Below, piece by piece: positions 59,339 through 64,000 of a DNA stretch of 64,000 bases (position 1 is the first letter of the stretch; every line of letters begins with the position of its first letter). This stretch comes from the human T2T-CHM13v2.0 reference genome, Homo sapiens. A program made the translations under genes and the position numbers. The notes under the pieces were generated by a model. That model did not search any database. It was not told the DNA's origin and saw only the letters and a program-made list of their open reading frames with translations. The stretch lies in assembly GCF_009914755.1 (NCBI RefSeq), contig NC_060933.1. The stretch is one strand, 5' to 3'.

Positions 59339-61311
59339 GACTAATTCTCTGAAGCCACTGGGGCTGCCCATGGAGAGGGACCTCACCCGAATAGAAATGC
59401 AGGCAGCAGAGGGCAGCATCTGGGCCCTGGGATTGTCCACACCACAGGGACCCAGGTCAACTGCCACAGGCTTGCTCTTCCACTAAACTAGCTGAGCTCC
59501 TACCATGAGCCCTGCGGGAGCTGACTCCTCAGCCCTTGAAGCAGCCGGCCGAGCAGACAGCGTGAGCAGAAACAGGGGGATCCTGGGGTAGGGAGGTCCC
59601 AGATGAGGCCATCTCATCTCCCAGTAAAAACCAACCAAAGGCTGGGGGGAGGTCAGAGTCCTGCAATCAAGATCGTGGATGGGGTAAATCAGAGGTCTGC
59701 AGTGAGGGGTGAGGAGAAGGAGTTCCCCTTCCCCTGCCTCCCGCATCCCCTGGCTTCCACAGGCTCTTCCCAGGGAGGGGGGTGGGAGCAGGTACATCCC
59801 TCTGTATGTCGGGAAGTCTCTTCCCTCGCCTCTCCCCCTCCCGTGTCCCTCTGCTCCCATCTTGCTTCTTCTGTCGGGTGTGCCCTTGTCACCCAGAGCA
59901 GCAGCGACAGGTGTGAAGCTGCAGGGCGTGGTCCCCGCTTCCCTCCCTCCATGTCCGATGAGGCTGTGCCAAGTTCCCTTGCACAGGAAACCTCAGAGCC
60001 AGCTTCTGGTTGACAAACCCCAGCAAGTCCCACCTCCCTGATCATAAGTGTAGAGGCTGCAGAGGGTCACTGGGGCCACCTCTTCCTCACCCCTCATGTC
60101 CTGCCCCTGCCTCTGCAGGCCCCGCTCACAGCCCAATGAGAAAGAACCCGTGTCAGCTCCCGTCAGGCGAGGATGTTCCCAGAGGGAAAGAGGCTTCAAG
60201 CGGCACCTGCCGTTGGGGGGTCTGTGAGGGGCAGGAGCACAGCTCTAGCCATGCCAAGGGCTGCCCAGACAGCTACACTGAGAGACCTCCTGACTGGAGA
60301 AGAAGGCCCGGGGCCTCCAGGGTCAGGCCTGTCAGAGACAATTTCACAGCTGAGCGCACTGGCGGTTTGCTCTTCTCTGAAGCCGCTGGGGCTGCCCACG
60401 GAGAGGGAAACGCTTCTAGAAGCTCTGGTCAGAGCAAGGATGACTCTGTGCACTCCGGCTCTCCTTGGACTTCCCAGAAATGTCAGGGTTGGGTTGGGTT
60501 TCTTTTTTAATCTGGATGCCTGATACACAGCAACACTTGACATTCAGCCCAACAGGAAAATCTGGCTGTGCCCCTATGGTGGCTCCAGCCAGTGACAAGG
60601 AACAGCGCTAAGCAGGCCAGACCTACCCCCCTCCGGCAGCGCCCATTCTTCTTGGGGAGACAATGTTGTCGAATGGATGCATGAATGAATCTGGCATCAC
60701 TTACTGCCTCAGTTTCCCCACTGGACTAGCCATTGAGCAAAGGCTTTTTGATCTTTTGGTGACAGGGCTGCCTCCTGGCAAAGCATCATTTTCATACCGG
60801 AGAAAGACAAGGCACACTTTCAAAATCAAAGTCTAGTGTAAAAAAATCAAAGAGAAGGACCCTCGGGGGCACAAACCTGTTGATAAGCAAAGGTGCTCAC
60901 CCGCTTCCTCTAACTGTGCTCATTCCTAGGCCCTCCAGCCCCCACAATGCAAACAACGCTTTTACCCTGCCACTCTGCTTGGCTATCTTGGCCACAGCTT
61001 TCTCTCTGGCTGAAAAAGACTCCTACCTAGTTTCCATGAGGAAATCTTTGTAGCAGTCCCAGCGGAAAAGTCAAAAGTTTGACTTGAAAAAAGGAGCTAC
61101 TTCAAAAGCATTGTCAGACCGAGGTGAGGGTTCCTTTAAAATGCATAAATTACAGGGGGCATCCATTAATAAACCTCTAGGCCACCCTACAGCGGGGGCT
61201 CTGGGTTGGGGGTACCAAAGGGACAGAGGCCAACACACCTGGGGGAGGCAACACGAAGGAAATCCACATAGAATAAGAGTAAATTAATGTGTTTATTACT
61301 TACTGCTTGGC

Positions 61312-61331
61312 GTGTGTGTGTGTGTGTGTGT
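61312..61331. repeat. (GT)10 microsatellite
   Basis: Direct reading. Confidence 0.95.
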
Positions 61332-64000
61332 AGAAAAATGAAAGAAAAATGTAGAGTTTTTTCAATAATAAAAAGGGAGTTGCACTGCGGGGCCCCTAAA
61401 GCTTGTGAAAAATTAAACTCGACGGATTCAAACTGTCCTATTTCCACTTCAAAAGAGAAGAGGCACTGAGCTCTTCCCAACTTATCTTCAAACGCCCAGC
61501 ACCCTAGAAAGTTTCTTTAAAAAAATAAAGGCTCCTGTTCCCCCAAGCACTGTACCGGTTACTGTACCCACTGTCTCTCCCTCTTCTAATTATACCCCTG
61601 TGAGTCTATTAATCAACTTGTAAATTATTTAGAGAGTCATGCGCTGTCTTCAGCGAGTACAAACACACCGCATGCAAAGGCTTGCTGGAAACGGGCAGAG
61701 GGTCCCTCAGGGTCTCCCCTCCACAGGAAGACAGCTTGCAGCTCGCCGAGGCTGCTCTGCTAAAAACAAGAAATAGCATTCCGCTTACCTCCTCAGATGG
61801 GGAGATTTACTTTGTCTTTCAACTCAGCAACTCTTCGCAAGTTTTTAACAAAAGAGAAAAACTGGTCTATGGTCGATCTTTAGTGTGCATTTAGTGATGA
61901 GAATATTAATTCCCCCTTAAAAATGCAGCACTTTGGCTGAGCTCTGATCCACGCCTCCTGGGATCTGGACTCACGGAAGGCTCTTGAAAACACATCATCA
62001 TCCCAATTGGGGGCTGGTTTGGCTTGTTTGTATTACGATGGCTGCATTTGCTAGGGTGAGGTCTCATTACCAGAAAGGGTGCAAATTAGCTTCTTGAAAC
62101 TCTCTCAAATCTCCCGCCTTTTCTCGGGTTCTATTAGGCCATGAGGGACCTTTCCCAGACAGAAATGTTTAGGAAATGTAGGGATGTGTGGGAGGGGCAC
62201 AGGTAACAACTCGATAATGATCTGTCTTCCACATCACCTTTTCTACATACCAGGACTTTCGCTTTTAGGGGAAAGTCATTACCAATTAAATAGCTGTCTT
62301 CCCTCCTGACAATAAGAAAGGAATATGTCTGGTATGTGCCAAGGAATGTGGGCCTTCCTACAACTGAACTGCTTTAGCTGTTGGGAGATGCTGGGGGGGG
62401 CGGGGCCACAGGGGCAGCTGCCAGTTAGGAGCTCACCGTAACTGGGCCGACGAGCCAGTTGGGCAGGTGTTGCAGAGTGTATGCAGAGACAGGAGATGTG
62501 AAAAGCTACAGTCTAGCTCAGAAGCCCCACTGCTGGGGACATGGCATGGCTGGCGGGCTCCTGACCATGCAGTTCCAGCATGTTCCGAGTGCGCTGTGGA
62601 CAGGCTGAGATGAGCATCTCATGCACTTGGAGCAAAGACATAAACCAGCAAGGACAAGATCCGCCTTTGGCTGTTTTTCATCTCCTCCCTGGATAACCAC
62701 CCTCCAGAGGAAGTCCAAGCAACTCATGAGAACGAGAACAGTTCCTTGGGCCAGGGCAGAAGCCAAGCCTTCTGGCTGAAGAGCCGGCGTTGTACCATTC
62801 ACTGGGCCCGGCAACCTGGAAGTAGGTTATATCCACCATCAACAGTCCCTGGACCCTAATTTATGGCTAAAATTCTCATGAGAAAGGCTAAAAATAAAGC
62901 AGTGCAGACTTCAGACTTCTTTATGTTGGGTGAGTTTGAACAACAGAGTGAGGCCCATGAGCAGGGCTCATTTTATATTAAGTGAAAATCGGGAAGCGAC
63001 ATTCCAAGAGGCAAAGACAGAATTATGGCCAATTTCCTTAGGAAGCTCTGGGCCTCCAGAATTCAGAAATTTCAAACACACTTCGGTAGGAATGGAGCTA
63101 TGGGGAAGGAGCTGAGGACATCATTTGGCAGTGGTGGCCACTGTGAGCCACCACTGATTTAAGCAAAGAACTGAGATCTAGTAGCGCCTTTGCTTGAGTT
63201 CAGAGAGGAAAGAGGACATCTGTACACATGCCGTAGAACACGGTGGCAATGGAGTCCATCAGCAGCAACCATCTCATTTTAAATGATACAGAAACAGCTG
63301 AGAACTTATTTTTCCAAAAGCCCAGAATCGTTTTTACTTGTTTTGTACTAGTGTAAAAGTGACAGGAGCTCCCTGGCAACTAAGGCTGCATGATTTAAGC
63401 TCGACCCTGTTTATCGTATGCAGAGCAAACTCCTGGTGACTTTAATGGAGGTTGCCTGCATAAAGAACTCCACGTGCGGAGCCCTGGGGAATAAATTTGT
63501 TCTGTTCACTGCAGCTCAAGTCAGAACGAGTTTAGGGGGTCAGACCTATATATTTCAAAGTCCAGGCACAGAATAAGCATCTCCCCAGTCCTCTGTCCAC
63601 AGTGCCATCACCAAGAGCCTGGGATCAAGGGACTGAAGATGCGCTAAGATGGGGCCCTGGGGTCCTTTGCCCAGTAAATGTGGAAAGATGGGAAAACAGT
63701 ACAGTTATTAATTTTGCTGCTGATTCGAAAGAAGGAGGTGTTGGCAGCACCTGTGAGGACAAAAAAAGAACATAACTAAGTCTGCAGAGGTCACGGCTGG
63801 GACATAACATCATGAGGCCTGGAGTGGGGATAAGAGCAAGAGGCTCCATGGGGAAAAGATGACATCTGGCTCTATTTGGCTGAGCCAGTGATGGTGGTGA
63901 TGGTGACTGTGAGGGTGGCAGGGGTGCACAATAACAAAAGCGCACATCTCTGGGGCACGCAGCTCCAAGGTGAGTGGAGAGAAAGCACAAGTCTGCAATG

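Overview
Primate, very probably human, genomic DNA. It is almost entirely intronic sequence of AK8 (adenylate kinase 8, 9q34, minus strand). The only protein-coding segment is a 142-nt internal exon at 47867-48008 (-), reading (V)[46 protein letters not shown](R), with canonical splice signals; the ORF track missed it. The rest is about 30 Alu copies or fragments, L1M/L1MA remnants, L2/MIR relics, MaLR (THE1/MST/MLT1) and ERV1 solo LTRs, a half-MADE1 and simple repeats. These alternate with repeat-poor blocks rich in homeodomain/POU/PBX-MEIS motifs, some with retained CpGs (1-860, 24900-25990, 33400-34010, 61130-62110 and others). My best functional hypothesis is that these blocks are long-range developmental enhancers hosted in AK8 introns and serving the nearby homeobox gene BARHL1; this is inference from recalled gene order and motif content. 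Directly visible structural oddities: an Alu apparently split by a ~425-bp foreign insert, a tandem duplication of an Alu tail plus flank, two Alus inserted one after the other into the same target site, an L1 whose 5'UTR is joined directly to ORF2, an in-frame half-MADE1 in L1 ORF2, a perfect 37-bp duplication and a 36-bp dispersed duplicate. I found no new gene, RNA gene, CRISPR array or other new protein system. Repeat subfamily calls and boundaries are by eye and approximate.
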